Shown piece by piece: positions 62,439 through 64,000 of a stretch of 64,000 nt of DNA (its first letter is position 1; every line of letters starts with the position of its first letter). The position numbers and the translations under genes are program-made. Origin of the DNA: Pseudomonadota bacterium. Its GTDB lineage: Bacteria > Bdellovibrionota_F > JAHFAK01 > JBDREC01. The notes beneath the pieces are model-generated. The model did no database searches. It saw nothing but the letters and a program-made list of their open reading frames with translations, and was not told where the DNA came from. The stretch lies in the NCBI GenBank assembly GCA_043820105.1, contig JBDREC010000065.1, positions 1 through 64,000 on the forward strand. Direction: 5' to 3'.

Positions 62439-64000
62439 TTGATTTTTTGTAATAATAAATTAGTATTAGTAGTAATATTCATTTTAATTCCATTACTACT
62501 TCCTAATTGTAAAAGAAAAATTGAAAATAATTCTCAAGCTATCAATCAAATACAGATAATTGACGTATGTCCGCTCAAAAAACCTTCATTGCCACATGTG
62601 GAACCTGAGAAAGAAGAAAAAGAAGAAGAAGAAAAAAAAATTCATCCCAAACCACAAGAAAAAGAAGAAAACAAACCAATATTAAAAAATATCACAAAAA
62701 AAAGCTCTTTAACAACCTTATCCAAAACAATAAGCCCAATTATTCCAATTCTTAAAGAAAAGTCCAAAGCATCTTATTGCATAGATTTTGAAAACTTATC
62801 TGACATTGAAAAAAAGGACATTGGAAAATATACTATAAATCAAAAAGAAGAGTTTCTATTTTTAAACGATGATCAAAACATAAAACTACCATCTGAAAAA
62901 GCAATTTCTCTTTCATTCTTTAGTCAAATAACTGATATTCATTTAATTGATGAGGAAGCTCCCTCAAGAAGTGTGCTTCAAGATATTCCAGCAATTAGTG
63001 GCTTTTATAGATACGCAGAACAATATTCTACACAATTTTTTGATTCTGCAATCCGAACTTTAAATAAATTATCAAAAGAAAGTGGCAAAAATCCAGATCA
63101 TGTTTTTTTCACAGGTGACATAATAGAAAATGCTTTAGAAAATGAAAAAAACTGGTTTTTCGATATTATAAAGGGAAATAAAATAAATCCAGATTCAGGA
63201 GATGACGAGGATCCCATACCATGTGATGATTCAAAGGCAAGCTGCGTGATCAATGATCCAAATGATCCTTTTAAAGCTGAGGGTCTATTAAAAAATACTG
63301 ATTGGCATTTAGCTCTTGGAAATCATGATCTTCTATTGTATGGAAATTTCACATATGAAAGTCTTGATAAAGAAAGTAAAAATCCACAATCCAAGCTTCC
63401 TTTTAAACTTCCTTTTGATCCACTGGCACATAAAGCAAACGCATATATTTATCCCTCCGAAGATTATATTTCATTCGAAGAAATCAAGCAAAGTGTTGAA
63501 GATAAAATAGCTGAAGATAATACAGAAGAAGCCATTTTTGATATTATTCCTGATGATGCAAGAGCCCTTATTACTCTAGATGAATTAATGAAAGACTTAG
63601 AAAACCACTTTCAAGGTAAAAAAGAAATTAAACCTTATTACAGTTTTGTACAGAAGAGCAAAATCCCAATAAAATTTCTTATTTTAAATACATATTCAGA
63701 CTGTGGTGGTTCTGAAGGAATAATTTACCAAGAACAATTTAATTTTATAGAAGATGAATTAGCAAGTGCACAAGCAAATAAGGAGCTAGTGATTTTAGTA
63801 TCTCACCATGGAAAGACTGAAATTAGACCATCCTTTCTTGACATGGTAGATTCAATAAAAGAATGCAAGGATAAGATTGAAATAATTTATTCAGGTGATG
63901 ACTTAGAATCATTATTAGCTGAACATGAAAATGTTATATTACATATTTCAGGCCACACACATGAAAACAGAGTCTTTAAAAGAAAAAATTACTATGAAAT
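62439..64000 (+). CDS. Metallophosphoesterase lipoprotein (partial, runs off window)
   Basis: Own translation from TTG 62439 gives a lipoprotein-like signal and the motifs QITDIHLIDEE.P.R, FTGD, LGNHD, SHH and SGHTH. Confidence 0.85.
   Translation, partial: MIFCNNKLVLVVIFILIPLLLPNCKRKIENNSQAINQIQIIDVCPLKKPSLPHVEPEKEEKEEEEKKIHPKPQEKEENKPILKNITKKSSLTTLSKTISPIIPILKEKSKASYCIDFENLSDIEKKDIGKYTINQKEEFLFLNDDQNIKLPSEKAISLSFFSQITDIHLIDEEAPSRSVLQDIPAISGFYRYAEQYSTQFFDSAIRTLNKLSKESGKNPDHVFFTGDIIENALENEKNWFFDIIKGNKINPDSGDDEDPIPCDDSKASCVINDPNDPFKAEGLLKNTDWHLALGNHDLLLYGNFTYESLDKESKNPQSKLPFKLPFDPLAHKANAYIYPSEDYISFEEIKQSVEDKIAEDNTEEAIFDIIPDDARALITLDELMKDLENHFQGKKEIKPYYSFVQKSKIPIKFLILNTYSDCGGSEGIIYQEQFNFIEDELASAQANKELVILVSHHGKTEIRPSFLDMVDSIKECKDKIEIIYSGDDLESLLAEHENVILHISGHTHENRVFKRKNYYE

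Noticed and set aside
63316-63510. 64-aa ORF and the many short antisense/overlapping ORFs in the track
   Set aside because: They are shadows of longer, well-supported CDS; this one lies inside the metallophosphoesterase in another frame.

Overview
AT-rich bacterial chromosomal window. Gene content (sigma-54 systems, GspC, RCC1/PKD lipoprotein, rpsU-dnaG-rpoD-tRNA(CAT)-zinc ribbon) suggests a deltaproteobacterial-type organism; this is inference only. It contains about 45 CDS, three tRNAs (Glu-TTC, Lys-TTT, CAT), the end of an IS21-like element at the left edge, and a decayed mobile region next to tRNA-Glu. The most notable items are: (1) a 72-aa Asn/Arg/Val-rich, Cys-free peptide with a strong RBS and a class-II CRP-like promoter, directly upstream of a radical SAM/SPASM enzyme and a peptide-type MFS transporter (candidate new RiPP system); (2) a 5'-truncated IS110/IS1111 element inserted in the apex loop of a palindrome, whose 3' non-coding region holds a readable bridge-RNA-like structure with guides matching the insertion site and its own end; (3) a candidate sigma-54-dependent sRNA; (4) a secreted protein with four copies of an unrecognised six-Cys domain split by an A10 frameshift; (5) an orphan, degenerate NuoB/NuoD-like pair; (6) an aldolase with a microcompartment encapsulation-like tail. 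All calls come from reading the sequence; no searches were run.
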